Shown here one piece after another: positions 34,570-47,912 of a stretch of 64,000 bases of DNA; position 1 is the first letter of the stretch; each line of letters starts with the position of its first letter. A model generated the notes under the pieces. That model ran no database searches. It saw only the letters and a program-made list of their open reading frames with translations, and was not told where the DNA came from. Made by a program: the position numbers and the translations under genes. This DNA is from Azolla caroliniana (Eukaryota; Plantae; Polypodiophyta). The stretch is from contig JBHGNT010000007.1 in the NCBI GenBank assembly GCA_043228905.1, positions 10,168,001 to 10,232,000 on the forward strand, written 5' to 3'.

Positions 34570-37271
34570 GGTCTGGATGCTAGTGTCATCCATCTTGTAG
34601 AACCCTCGACCCTCCTTCCTTCGGTTCTCGGCATCCGCGCGTAATATGTGTAGTTCTACGGCTTGGGCTGACCATTGTTGCCATACGTGGTCAAGCATTT
34701 CCTCGATCTTCTTGGTGAGTTGCTGGCGATATTTGTTGATCAGGATCTTTATTCTAGTATCGTCCATGCCGATTTGAGCTTGGTGAGCTTCCACTTCCTC
34801 CCTTGCGGCCTTGGCATCTTCTAGGCATTTGCTGACAAGGAGCTCAAGAGTAGCTTGGTTATCTTTTGCTTTTGCAGTTACGAGCGTGATTGTTTGCTCG
34901 TAATGTTTGGTGAGTTGTCGTCCACTTCCTTTCTCCAAGCGTCCCGTTGTCGTCCCCTGGCGACGATGCCCTCTGCTTGCAACTGGTGATAAGCATCGGA
35001 AATTTGCGCCCTTTGCTCTTCAGAGATCCTCCACTTTTGCATGTGTTCGTTTGCCAATTCTTGTAATTCCCTTTGTTGACTCCATAATTGCTGGTTGTTC
35101 GCGAATAGCTCGCGTTCCCGTTGGCTATTCCTCTCTTCTTCCTTGATGAATCATTCTTTGGCCTCGGTGATAGCGACCTGAAGGTTCATCACCTCTCTTT
35201 CTTCTACTTTTAGTGTGGCCGAGCTTTCGGCAAACAGTCGCTTGAGGTCAGCTTCGCGGCCCGCAGCTTGTTCCCATAGTTGGCCAATAGTGTTGTTGTG
35301 GTTTTGTTCTGCTAGCTCGGCCTAAGCGATCTGGGCCTTGAGCTCATCCCGGTAGTCACAGAGGAGAGGCCCTGTCTGGGTTGCAGCTTCCCGGGTCCGG
35401 GGATGGGGTACCCTGTCCGTCTATGTAGATCTCTCCATGACGACACACGGTCGTGGCGTTTGCGTGGAAGCGTGCCTGGTCTGGAGGCTCGGTGTCTTGT
35501 CTGCAGTTAGAGATGTTTCGTTGGTGGTGACGACAGTTGGCGGCACCGTTTGTGTGGAGGCATGGCTGGTTTGGGGGTGCGGGCTTTTATCTGCCAATGA
35601 TGATGTCTCGCTCGTCTGTACCGAATTCATCATTGTGCTTGCATCAACCGTGACTACCCTGGGGTGAGCTATGTCGTCGTTGTGTGCTTCGGTAACAGTA
35701 GCACTCAAGCTCAGGTTTGGAAGAGGGGCTGGTGAGACATCGTTTCTTGGGGAATGGACGCTTAAGGGTGGTTGTTCTTGATGTTGCTGCTCCAATGACG
35801 CCAGTTTCTACTCGGCGGCTTGCCATAGCTCGGTGGCCCGTTTGGCTTGCTGATGTGTCATTTTGATATATCGGGCCATCTCCTTGGCTGCCCAAGTTGT
35901 GGTCCAAATTTTGATATGCCTCGACTAAGGCCGTGTTCAAATCTAGTAGCTCCATGAGGAGGGAAGCATTATGTGCTTGCTTCTTCCGACCTATCTTCTG
36001 TAAGCCTCGATCCTCTTGAGGTTCGAGTTCTCCCATTAGTGCGCGTTGGATCATCTTTGTTTCCAGGTGCTCCTCAACCATACAAGTGGTGGCAACTACT
36101 TGGGCACGCGCGAGGAAATCCATCAACTCATATGTTGTGCCCAGTCGAAGTAGTGCACTAAACTTGTATGCCTCCGTAGGGAGGTCTTTGTAACCGAGGA
36201 CTTCCTCCTCCGATATCTACATGGTTTGTCCATGCTCGATCCTGCCTATGTGGAGCGATGACTCTACTGGTACCATGCCCATGGAGCTCAGGCTGGCCTC
36301 CTTTGTTTCTGATGTTGGGTCCCCTCAGTTTCTGTGGTCGACTCGCGATTGATGCGACATTTCGTTTTCGGTTGGTCCTGTGAGTCTGGGGCCAGTGGTG
36401 TTGGCTCCTCGGCTTGTTTCCTCTTTTGTTGTCGTATGCCCGAGGGCTATTGGTTTGTGGGGCGCGGGCTCGGTTGTGGAGAGGGCATCAATGTCCTTGG
36501 TGTTTTCTGTCGTATGCTAACATCCTCAATGATGGGCTCCTCGGCCTCATCCCATTAGACACAGGTCACTAGTAACGCTCGTTGCTTCTGTGTTTTTGGT
36601 GGGGGTGGTGCCGAGGTGGGAGTAGGATTCCGAGTAGCCAAGGGAGGTGGAGAGGGCGAGGGGTCTTCCCATTCTTCCTGGGTTAACGCCAAAATCTTCT
36701 CCCGCTGTTTCCGTGGTGGTGGTGGAGAGGTGAGGATGCAATGAGGGGAAAACAAAGGAGGTGGGTAGAGGACTGTGAGCTAATGAGTCATCATCACAAG
36801 TAGCAATCGCTTACCAGATTGAAAAGACTCTAGTGCTGCATGGACTCCTTCGCCGGTGATGATTCCCCAATCGACTTTGTCGCCTTCGTACTCTCTGATG
36901 ATGATGGCAGCCTTATTTTCTGGCATACTCATGGGATTTGTATGCACAAAGGCGTATTCCATCAAAATTCGGGCGATCTCTCCAAAAGACTTGTTTGGTC
37001 CTCCGTAAGTGCGGTAAGCTTTTCTTGAAATCGAATACATCCCAAAGTATTCCTTGAGGGTCGTGTGAGGAGGAATCTTGGCTTCATGTTCTCCGCCTCG
37101 CATAAGGTCCAAAGCGGCGCGAATCATATTGTTGGTCACTATGTCGGGGTGGATTCTGCGTGCTATTGCTTGGGCGTCAGGGTGTGTTGGGGCGTTGATG
37201 ACCCATAAGTAGCCGCCCAATCCTCGTTGTTGTAGCCAAGAACGGGTTTCCTGCAATGCTGAGAGAGGCAT
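34570..37271 (-). pseudogene. G0 accessory ORF, homolog of the 889-aa protein
   Basis: N-terminal (36780-37271) and C-terminal (34567-34938) blocks align by eye to A's ORF. Confidence 0.8.
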
Positions 37272-40200
37272 GGTGGAATCGATGGTTTGCTAATAGGGAG
37301 AGTGGGAAGGGGGGGGGGGGGACGATGAGATGAGGAAGAGACAGAGAGATGGAAGAAGATTGTTGGGGAGGAAATCGTTGTTTTGTGAAGGGGTTACGAG
37401 GGCGAGAGAAGGCCTGTTTGCAAGAGCAATGAGAACGAGAGAGAGCTTGGGAGCTTGAAGGCTGTAAATGCAAGAAAGCTTATGTGTGAGTGGGCACGTT
37501 GTGTGTGGGGTAGCTTCTTTTATGTGATCGCCTAGGGTTTTGTGAAGGGAGAAGATCCTTTAGATTCTTGGTTGTGGTTGCCATAATAAGGTATTATGGC
37601 CACGCATCACAGGAGTGTTTTGCCTTGTGAGATGTGCATGTTCCTTAAATACTCTACTTTAATGTGAAAGTGACTAGTTTGTGCTCCTAAGAAATTTTCG
37701 TGATTTGGGGTGATTTGTTAGGTGGTTTAGGTGAGGCTAATTTTACCTAATATACAATTTTGGTGGGTAGGTCATTATTTTACCGATGGCGGCACGTGGC
37801 CTCCTTCGTGGCGTCGTCCGTGAACTGGTCCGTGCCGTGAGACTCGACGAAGGGATTATCTGGGGTATTTCCTTGGTAAGGTCGAAGTCGGAATCCATTT
37901 ACCCAGCTTTTGACGATGTCTCCAACAAGTGTGTCGAGTTGGAATGTGTCGTTAAACTTGTCGATTATCTAGAAGGGGCCTATCCATCGGAATCATAATT
38001 TCCCTGGCATGGCACTGAGTCATGTTTGGAAGACAAGTACCGGTTTGCCGATGGTAAGTGCTTTCTCCGTACCTTTCCGGTGTCGATCTACGAAGGCTTT
38101 GCATTGTCGTTGGTGTTGGTGTTGTTCTAGTTGAGCCATGTTGGCCACTTGGTGTTCGTTGAGTTTGAGGAGTTGTTCGAGCTGATATTGCTCTGATTGG
38201 GCCTCGGCTAGCCTTTCCTTAACCTGAACTCGAAGACTCGGAACTTGGAACTCGATCGCCATGACTGCTTCCAAACCAAATGCCATCCGAAAGGGGGTAG
38301 ATTGAATGCTAGTTTTAAATGTGGTGCGATACGCCCATAATGCACTCTAGAGCTTGTCATCCCAATCGGTGTGGTTTTCATTGACGATCTTTTTCAGGAT
38401 TGTTTGAAAAAATTTATTAGTAGATTCCGCAATCCGTTTGCCTGAGGATAGTACGGTGTACTTTTCTTTTGTACGACCGTGTAGTGTGTATTGAGCTCCT
38501 GAATTATGTGGTTTATAAAATGCCCACCTTGGTCACTAATGAGCTCGATTGGGCATCCATAACGGCACCATAGATGTTCGTAAACAAACTTTGTCGTGGA
38601 TGCAGCCATGTTGTCCCGTAGTGCCTTAGCCTCGACCCATTTTGTGCAATAGTCCGTGGCCACGATTATATACTTGTTACTGGTGCGAGCTGTGACTGGT
38701 TTGAAAGGTCCCACAAAATCTAACCCCCACTTTTGACATGGTTCTAACGGGAGGATGGGTTGGTGCAGCATCCGGGCTTGCTCGGTCGGTTGTCCCATGC
38801 GTTGACACAAATCGCACTATCGACAGAATTCATGAGCATCTTTTTTCGTTGTAGGCCACCATAAGCCACTCTGCCATATTTTTCTTGTTGTGGACTCTCT
38901 AGCGTAATGACCCCCCGCAATTCCGTGATGTGCCTCCTGGAGGATTGCGTGTTTCTCGAATTGACGGTTTGCAAGGCGCCAGATGCCGTCCGAGCCTTTG
39001 TGGTAGAGGGTGTCAGAGACCAGACAAAAGTTTCAGCTCCGGACAGCTAGTCGTTTCCGAGCATCAAGGGTCAGTGGTCGGGAGGAAGGCCGATGCTAAG
39101 GAAATGGGTCATCTCACTGCTCCATTCATCTTCGTTTTCGTCTGGCACCGTTGCGAGACTAAAAAGGGCGGCGTCATGTAGATCATCGTACGTGGACTCG
39201 GCTAGTTCTCCTAGCTCAAGGCGGCGCAGGTAGTCAACTACGACGTGTTGGACTCCGGGTTGCTGCTGGATCTGAAAATCAAACTCTTGTAGCAGGAGCA
39301 TCCATCGGGCCAGGCGACCTGTGAGGGCCTGTTTATTTACCAAGTAGAGGAGAGCCGAGTGATCGACGTGGAATGTGAAATTCCGGCACAAGAGGTAATG
39401 CCGGAATCTGTTGATGTTGTAGACCATACCGAGGGCCTCGCATTCCGTTGTTGAGTAGTTCTTCTACACATCTGAGAGTTGTCGACTAGCGTAATACACT
39501 GGCCGATACCAATTTGGTGGTGTGCGTTGCATGAGCGCACTGCCGATGGCTATATCTGATGCGTCTACGAAGACGTGAAAAGGTTCCGACCAAACTAGTG
39601 GTTGTACAACAGGGGCATGGGAGAGCATTAACTTCAAGGATTGGTAAGCCTCGTCTTCTATTAAAGACCACTGAAATGGGAGTCTATGTACAACCGCGTG
39701 CAATGGAGTCGCGAAATCGGCCAGGTGTCGTAACATCTAGCTATGCCATCTGATTTGTCCTGGGAATCGGCTGAGGGCCTTCGCGGTAGAGGGCGCGGGA
39801 GCGTTCAGAATGGCTTGCACTTTATCCGGGTCCATGGCGACACCTTCCTGACTGACTATGTGCCCGAGCAGGTTGCCGCTTGTCACCAAGAACGTGCATT
39901 TTGCCGGATTTAACGTCAACCGAGCTTGTCGACGTCGATTGAGATAGAGGCGTAACTAGGTCATATGCTCCAACCACTAGCCATACACAGCAAAGTCGTC
40001 GAGGAAAACTTGCATGAACGCCGGGATATACTCATTGAAAATCTCGGTGATGATGCGTTGGAATGTGGTCGGTGCCGATTTTAATCCGAACATCATTACC
40101 TCGGCCACGAAGACACCCTATTCCGTGACAAACATCGTTTTCTCTTGATCGTCCGGGTGCATTATGATTTGGTTATAGCCACTGAACCCATCTAGAAAAC

Positions 40201-41536
40201 TATAGCATTCATGACCAGCCACTGTGTCGAGGACACTATCCGTGAACGGGAGAGGAAACCCATCTATGACTGTCACGGCATTGAGTTTGCGGTAATCAAT
40301 GCAAACACGGATTTTCCCGTTTTTCTTGGGGATGACGACGATTGGGCTTAACCATGTGGCTCTTTTTACTAGGCGTATAAAACCTACTCAGAGGAGCTTG
40401 TCGATCTCCTCTTTGACCTTAGCTATGTAGTTGGGGTTCATAGGGTATCCTCGTTGTTGGACCGGCCGAGCGGCATACAAGAGGTGTATTTGGTGTTGGT
40501 AATATTGGGGATCCAATCCCTTCATATCAGTGTAAGACCATGCGAATACATCCTGATAATCCGTGAGCAAGCATACAAGGGTTGACCGTTCGTCGGCTGG
40601 TAAGTTGTTAGCGATTTGTATTGTACGCGGGTTCTCGTCGGAGCCGAGGTTGAGTGACTTGAGCGTTGATGCGTTGATGCGTTGATTCGCTGGGAGATAG
40701 CGAGTTCTCATTCAAACGCATCCCGAGCGTGTCATAATTCCACGATAGTTGTGGAATCTGGCTCGTCCTGGGGAAGTGAATCTTTCGTGACATCCTCGTC
40801 CGGTGGTGTGTCAACGGCTGAGATGGCGTTTATTTCGAACAGGGGTATGATAGTAGGATGATCTTCCAGGAAGTCATCCACCTCTTCATCGGCTAACCCG
40901 TCGAGCATGTGTACCCCTTCCGTGTATAAGGGTGTGATGTTGTGGGGCGTGGTTAGGCGTTCTTCTGTTATTATCCGTACCTTAGTCTTCCCCCGATGGA
41001 AAGAGATCATATTTCACTGCCAATGTTGCTTAATATTTGTTGTGCGTAGCCAAGGTCGTCCAAGCAGCATTGGGTAGGCACCCGGGGCTTCGAGGCGTAA
41101 CACGACTGCCGAGATAGTGAACATGTGGCCTCCTAATGTGAAGTCGAGGTGGCGGATTAACCCTATGGGGTGAACCAATCGCGTATCGGCCATCCGAAGC
41201 CAAAAGGGGCAAGGTTCCCACTGGTTTAGACCAAGTTTGTGACATGTGGCCTCGTTGATGACGTTCACGCCGAAGCCACCGTCGATTATGCATCCATGAA
41301 GGTCGCGTCCCTTAATCATGATTTTCACGGCTGGATTCTGAGAATCCATGAGGGGTGGGCCCGTCCCTGCCTCTGTCAGGTTAACAAGGGGTGCGGCCGA
41401 TTTGGCGTTAGTCGTGAGCGTAGCCAATGTATCCCGAAAGCACGGCATGAGCGGTAAAAGCTTATACAATGGCAGCGAGATCCTAGAACTGGTAAGGGCA
41501 TCCCACAGATGGTCATCTTCTACCAAGATACTTTAA
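34570..41536 (-). mobile_element. Body of degenerate Gypsy G0 (relative of A): PR-RT-RH-IN and accessory ORF
   Basis: IIDGGFG protease, FLDDFAVY, FVDASD, WGLDFVGP; collinear with A; many stops. Confidence 0.9.
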
Positions 41537-41564
41537 GTCGGTGTTTTCTACTTTAAGAGAGAGA

Positions 41565-41832
41565 GCTTGACACTAAGATTGGCAGCACTTCGTCCTCTCA
41601 ACATCCGCCCCTCTAATCAGTCCTCTCACGGAAGGACAAGGGTCAATCCTACCGAAATCGGGATAACGAGTGACCACGATCCCCGGATCGTCAGCGCCAT
41701 GACGACGACTACCGCAGTGATGACGACCGCTACCGCCACGACAGCGGTAGGAGATCGGACGACCGCTGTGACCAATACGGTGATGACCAATATAGAGCAA
41801 ACAACGAGTATGACCGGTACGATGATGACTAG
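41565..41832 (+). pseudogene. Inverted fragment of A/G0-type gag (R/D/Y-rich region)
   Basis: One frame reads PDRQRHDDDYRSDDDRYRHDSGRRSDDRCDQYGDDQY, similar in composition to A gag DVRYGDRQENDGRYGDRHDNYDRY. Confidence 0.55.
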
Positions 41833-41835
41833 GAT

Positions 41836-42472
41836 CTCAGTAGAACAACTTAAAGTAGAAAACACCGACCTTAAAAAACAACTTAAGGACATCGAGGTAT
41901 CTCGAGAAGACGGTGAAATATCCTCTATAGAGGATATAAAGGACGAAATTAAAAAAGTTAAAGAGGAAGTTAATAATAACATAGAGTTAGCTAAAACGGG
42001 TTGGGTAGATGTGTTTAAAAGAAACATTAAAAAAGAAATAAAAGATGAAAATATTGTTAATACCACCCTTGAAGAAGAGAAAATGCGTCAGGCCCAATGC
42101 TTAAATGTACGTGTCACTGGGCTCAAGGAAGGTGCATCCCCAAATGAGGACGCACAAACACTTGGGAAAATGTCAGGGTACACAGAGGCCCTACCTATCA
42201 CCAAAGCATGGAGGGCCGGGCATGACACAACTAGGAAGAGAGCCTTAGTCCTTCAATTTAAAGACTTAGACTCTAGAATCACTTTCTTTAAGAAGAGACC
42301 AATCCTTCGAGGAATGGATGGGGACCCCATCTATCTCGATGAAGACCTCACTAAGATGCAAATTGAGCATCGCAAGAGTTGTATGCCACGAGTTATGCAA
42401 GCTCGTAAAGAAGGCCATCGCGCCTTTTACCGAGATGGGCGAGTGATCATAAATGATCGCACTACTAATTGA
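41836..42472 (+). pseudogene. LINE ORF1 (coiled coil plus RRM/CTD-like)
   Basis: LNVRVTGLKE...LVLQF...IYLDEDLT pattern typical of L1/CR1/L2-type ORF1 proteins. Confidence 0.75.
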
Positions 42473-42478
42473 CGGCGT

Positions 42479-45400
42479 GTGGCCCATGTGACAGAAAATG
42501 CACTTAGGATGACCCTATGGAATTGTAATGGCGCACTCTGGGCACACCCCGACCGCCTAGAGGAGATACTAAAGGTATCTGATATACTTTTCTTGGTAGA
42601 AACACATCAGAGCCCAAATAGAGGACTCCCACGGGTCGAAGGATTCCGTTGGGAGTCCGCTTTTAGACAAACCTCACGTCGACACACTACTAGGGGATCT
42701 GGAGTTGTCGCGATACTGTTTCATAGAGAGCTACATAATAGGATAGAAATAATGAAGATAGAACTAGAAGCTCGTTTTATGTGTGTGAAAGTCTCCACAA
42801 GCAAAGACCAGGCAGTATTTTTCGCCATTTGTTACTTTCCCTCAAAAGGATCCCGTTATAATATTGGTGGCTTGATGAGATTAGTCGATGAAGGAATGCC
42901 ACATGGGCCTTCTCCATACGAACCCCTATCGGATGACATAACCCGATATTCTTCCCAAGGAGAAGTATTTCTTGTAGGAGACTTCAATGCGAGAACCCAA
43001 TCCCGACAATGCACAGTATTTCAGATGAATAGAAACCTAGAAATGGTAAATGTTGATCCTTTAGACATAGGCACCACACGTAGATCAAAGGATCAAGGTG
43101 CGGACGCCACGAGCTTTGGCCATCATCTGCTCGAACTTGGCAGTCGACACCAGATGGTCATATATAATGGTTTAGCTAAGTGGCTGAACTCGGAAGAGCT
43201 CACATGTTTCCCACATGGAGGAGGGGAAAGCACAGTTGACTATCTAATAGGGCGCCCTGAAGCTACCCACATAATTAACTCCTTCCGAGTGGCCCCATGC
43301 CCTATTGGCGCAGACCATAGTTTCTTATACTTCGAGCTAAAATGTGATATCTCTAAGGTCACCAAGTCTAGTCAACCATGCCATCACACCACAATACATT
43401 TCACACATGAGCTCTCTGACATATACTCTGAACATGTTCAGGCCCATCTCCCCTCCCTTGATCTCTCCCTACCGTTAGAAAGCCTTAGTACAAAACTCAC
43501 ACACATCCTTTACTCCGCAGCAGCTAGCAGTTTCCCATATACAAATCACTCAAATCAAGGTAGATCATGATCAATGCCACAAAATAAATGGTATGACGAG
43601 GATTGTAGGGACTTACATAGAAAACTTACAGTATTGCAACTCAATGGTAGTATTACCTCCATACAAGCCCGCAAAGAAATGCGTAAGATGACACGTCGTA
43701 AGAGACGAGCGTGGGAGGCATCCCAATACTGGGAACTCTACCATATGCTCATGAGTAGCGATTGCGCCACGGCATGGAAGAGACTACGGGAGCCAAGACC
43801 ACAAACACCCATCGAAGATCCGGAAACTTGGCACACATATACAGAGAGACTTTACCAAATCCCAAACCAACCACCCATTCCAATGCCTTCCACACCCCGG
43901 CCTACCACGGGGACACTTTTCACAACCTCTAGGGTCGTGAAGGTCATAAAGAAATTACAACATAGGAAGTCCATGGACCACATAGGATTGTGAGCAGAAC
44001 ACATTATATATGTGAGAGAGTGCCTAGCTCCCTTGCTAACTCTAATCTTCAATCGTGCCCTTGCGGAGGGTTTTCCACCACAGTGGACTATGAATACAGT
44101 GGCCCCCATACATAAAGGGGGGGACCCCATGGACCCAAATACATATAGGACCATTATGATAGGCCATACCCTTGCTAAGTTATATGGTGCAGTAATGGAA
44201 GCAGAGCTTAGCGACTATATGGAGACCCTAAACCTTCGTGCACCTGAACAAGCTGGCTTTAGACAAGCCTTCTCCACTATTGATCATATCTTCAAACTTA
44301 GATGCCTAATTGACCAAACTAAGGCTCGCAAGAAGAAATTATACTGTTGTTTTGTGGACTTCCGCAAAGCCTTTGACACAGTCCCTAGAGAGCGGTTGTT
44401 TGATAGACTTAAAAGCTTGAGGATACCAGATGATATGGTATGGGCCATCTACGCACTATATGAACAAGTGTCCGGGTGTGTCCGATGCCCAGGTGGCCTA
44501 TCTAATCGTTTTACTAGCACTATTGGTGTAAAACAAGGTTGCCCCCTATCACCAACACTTTTTGGGATCTACATTGATGAGATCACAGATTTTATTGCTC
44601 GTGAGGGAGGCACCGGAGTGGTCCTTGGGCATACGCAGGTTCATATCTTGCTCTATGCGGATGACATAGTTTTGCTCTCTGAATCCAAACACGACCTACA
44701 AAGGCACCTTAATGCCTTAGATGACTTTTGTGTACAACGAGGATTGGTAGTGAATCTAGGGAAAACGAAAGTCCTTATCTTCCACACATCGGCCCAATTT
44801 AGAGCTAAGTGTCGCCGAACTATCTCCCATAGCCCAGTCGAGGTGGTTGGATCATACGTCTATCTCGGAGTCACTTTTAGTGCCCGCTCAGGTCAATTTT
44901 CGATGACACAGGCAGCGAAGGATAGACCCACGAGAGGACATGCATCCCTCTCACTCCTAGAGAGACAATGCCACCAAGCACACTTTCAAGAGCCACGGAC
45001 TAAAGGGTGGCTCTTTGACTCATTAGTGACCCCCTCCCTCATGTATGCATCAACGGTTTGGGCTCCAGGATTACCATCTGAATGTGGACACAATTAGAGA
45101 GACCATTGGTAAAAATGCTATCACGCCAACTCCGAAGCAAATCGACTGTACCACATGACATTATTAGGGCTGAGTTCACGTTACCCCCAATGTTAGTAGA
45201 GGCACTTTTTCAACTTGTAGTCTTCATTCACAGGATACATAGCCAACCACATGATAGAATATCTCATCAAGCCTTTAAGGCCTCTCGATCATTGTATGAG
45301 TCCGGCTATACTAGCTCATGGTATGGCATGATGGTGAGTTGGCTTCTTGCGAATGGTCTAGACATTAATAACCTACCTCCCCTTAGGTACAACCACACGA

Positions 45401-46209
45401 GTGATAACACTTTAATCTCTCATGAGGACCGCAATAAAGTAATACGCCAAGAAATATGGCAAATTTACACTCGGTGTAAATGGATCACCCCACTAGAGCC
45501 ACTTCCATCTAAAATGTTGTACTATAAGAAACACTTCATGCACTTCTCTGATTTAGGTTTTATCACGCGGCCAAAATATCTAGATGTATTCTTACCACCT
45601 GCACTAAGGGTTGCCATTGGACAACTTAGAATATCATCTCACCAACTTGAGATTGAGAATGGCCGTACTAGTGGAGTCCCTAGGGAGGAAAGGATATGTA
45701 GGTTATGTCACATAGAGATAGAGGATGAGTACCACTTTACATGCAAGTGTCCAACCTATGCTGAGATAAGGGCAAAATACCAAGACATACTTGGTTCGTC
45801 TCCCACCCTCCCCAAACTATTAGATACTCTAGATATAAAGAAATTAGGCAAATACATTCTAGAGCTAAAACAACACAGAGAGAATAAGTTACAAAATGTT
45901 GACAATAATGTTGCTAATGATCACGAACATGTAACAAATGAAGTTTTTCAGGAACATGAGGAGACAATGAATGCCGACACACTTGCACCACTCGGCCTTT
46001 CCATTGATGAGGCAAAAAACCAGAGAAGAACCAGACGTCCTCGGGTGCCAGGTTTCAAAGCAACTCGACGTGATGTGGAAGCAATATTGAAAATAAGGGA
46101 ACGTGAGCTACACCGCCTAGAAGCCATGGCTAGGGCACTCTCTACATTGGAACCCACATCAAGACCCTTTGACCCCCCACTTCTTTTCGAGAGGCTTGGG
46201 TGGAAATAA
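42479..46209 (+). pseudogene. LINE ORF2: AP endonuclease, RT, C-terminal Cys/His domain
   Basis: LWNCNG, LVETH, VGDFNAR, STVDY, ADH; EQAGFR, FVDFRKAFD, GVKQGCPLSP, LYADD; LRISSH...CRLC...EDEYHF..C; two TGA stops and one frameshift. Confidence 0.92.
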
Positions 46210-46410
46210 AATTAGGCTTAATGTATAGTCACTTTCGAGTATACTACATATTGTACACTACTAGAACTCTTTTAGTTTAAGTTCTATTTTTTACTTAATT
46301 TTATTTTAGTTATGATGACTGGATAAATACTCTTTTGTTGTAAACCAATTGTCTCATGGGACAAATTTGGCCTTAGAAGACGTTAATATTTCTTTCTTTC
46401 TTTCTTTCTT

Positions 46411-46440
<30 letters not shown>

Positions 46441-46441
<1 letters not shown>

Positions 46442-47912
46442 ACTCTCGGTGTTAAGCAAGGATGCCCACTCTCACCAACATTATTTGGTCTATGCATTGA
46501 TGAATTAGAAGAAATGGTTACCAAGTTTGTAAAGGAAGAATGTGTTGAAGAAGTTGCCAGTGGGAATGTTTTGATTATACTTTTGTTATATGTAGATGAT
46601 GTAGTGCTTTTTGCAAATACTTCAGGAGATGCACAAAAGCTTATGAAGGCATTGGAAAAATTTTGCATGCGTACTAGATTAAGTGTCAATAGCTCTAAAA
46701 CAAAGATTATTCTTGTGAAGAGTCAAAAAAGAGATAAACCATGCATTATGTACAACAATGAGCCACTTGAATGTGTGGAAAGCTTCAAATATCTTGGCCT
46801 TGAAGTTCCTTCAAATCATAAATGGAATGAATGTGCTACATGCCGCTTAGAGGCGGGTAAGCAAGCATATTATGCATTTGATAACACATGCAATCTTGGA
46901 GATATTAAGTGTTGGGTCCTCAAGAAATACCTTTTTGACACTTTGGTGACCCTGGTTCTTCTCTATGACGTGGAAGTATGGGGCGGTAGCATCCCTAAAT
47001 CTACGTGGAAAGAGTTTGAAAATGTCCAAAAACATTTTCTTACAAAGTTTCTACAAGTTAAGAAACAAACACCCTACACCCTCCTCCTACTTGAGACGGG
47101 ATCGCTTCCCATTGAGATCATGGCCATGGAAAGGGTTGTTGAATACATGCTTCAGGTTCATAAAAGCCCCTCACATCGACTTCCTAGAATTGCATGGGAA
47201 GCAAGCAAAAAGATCCAAAAGATGCATGAAAGAAAAAAATTGTGTTTCGGTTGGATGCAAGATTTAGAAAAATGGTTTGGTAGATGGGATGCAAGACACT
47301 TGCTTCATGATGCATCACTAGATTCCTCTATAAATGAGGCCTTTTTGCAACGCCAATGTATCATGACATGGGACAAATGTGGTGACTCACGCTTCACACA
47401 TTATCCTACAAATGTTGCACCTAACTACAAAACCATATTCTTAGCGAAATGGGGAAGCCGTACACGTCGATACATGCTAAAGCCCATCCCAATATCTGCC
47501 ATTCGAACCATTGCTTCCATGCGACTTAGTTCACACGCATTGCGATGTGAGTTGGGGCGTCGGCGCAAAACTGATGAGAGTGGCCAGCTATGCACACTTT
47601 GCCCTAAACATGTTCGAGAATCTGAGTATCACACTTTGATACAATGGTCTACTTTTGATCATATTAGACCATGCTTTCCACATCTCTTCGATCGAGCCCA
47701 ATCCTTGCACGAATTTCTCTCACAACCACGATGTGCACTCTCGATTGCAACATATATTGGTAAAGTTCTTGAACATCGAGAGTCGCTACTCACCTTCACA
47801 CATATCACGTGAAATGTAATATTTTTGATCTCATAGGTCATATTTGACCTCCGAAGACGATAATATAATCTATCTATCAATCTATCTAGCTATCTATCTA
47901 TCTATCTATCTC
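46441..47912 (+). mobile_element. LINE b, 5'-truncated related LINE
   Basis: GVKQGCPLSPTLFG, LYVDD, FKYLG, MRLSSH...CTLC...ESEYH; (TCTA)n tail at 47869-47910. Confidence 0.9.

Larger units (their letters stand above)
41836..46440 (+). mobile_element. LINE a, RTEX-like non-LTR retrotransposon, 5' truncated
   Basis: ORF1 plus EN-RT ORF2, 3' stem-loop and (TTTC)n tail running into (CT)n; clade assignment tentative. Confidence 0.85.

Noticed and set aside
46349-46440. Hydrophobic signal-peptide-like N-terminus on the 487-aa RT ORF
   Set aside because: It is the (TTTC)n/(CT)n tract read in frame into a truncated LINE
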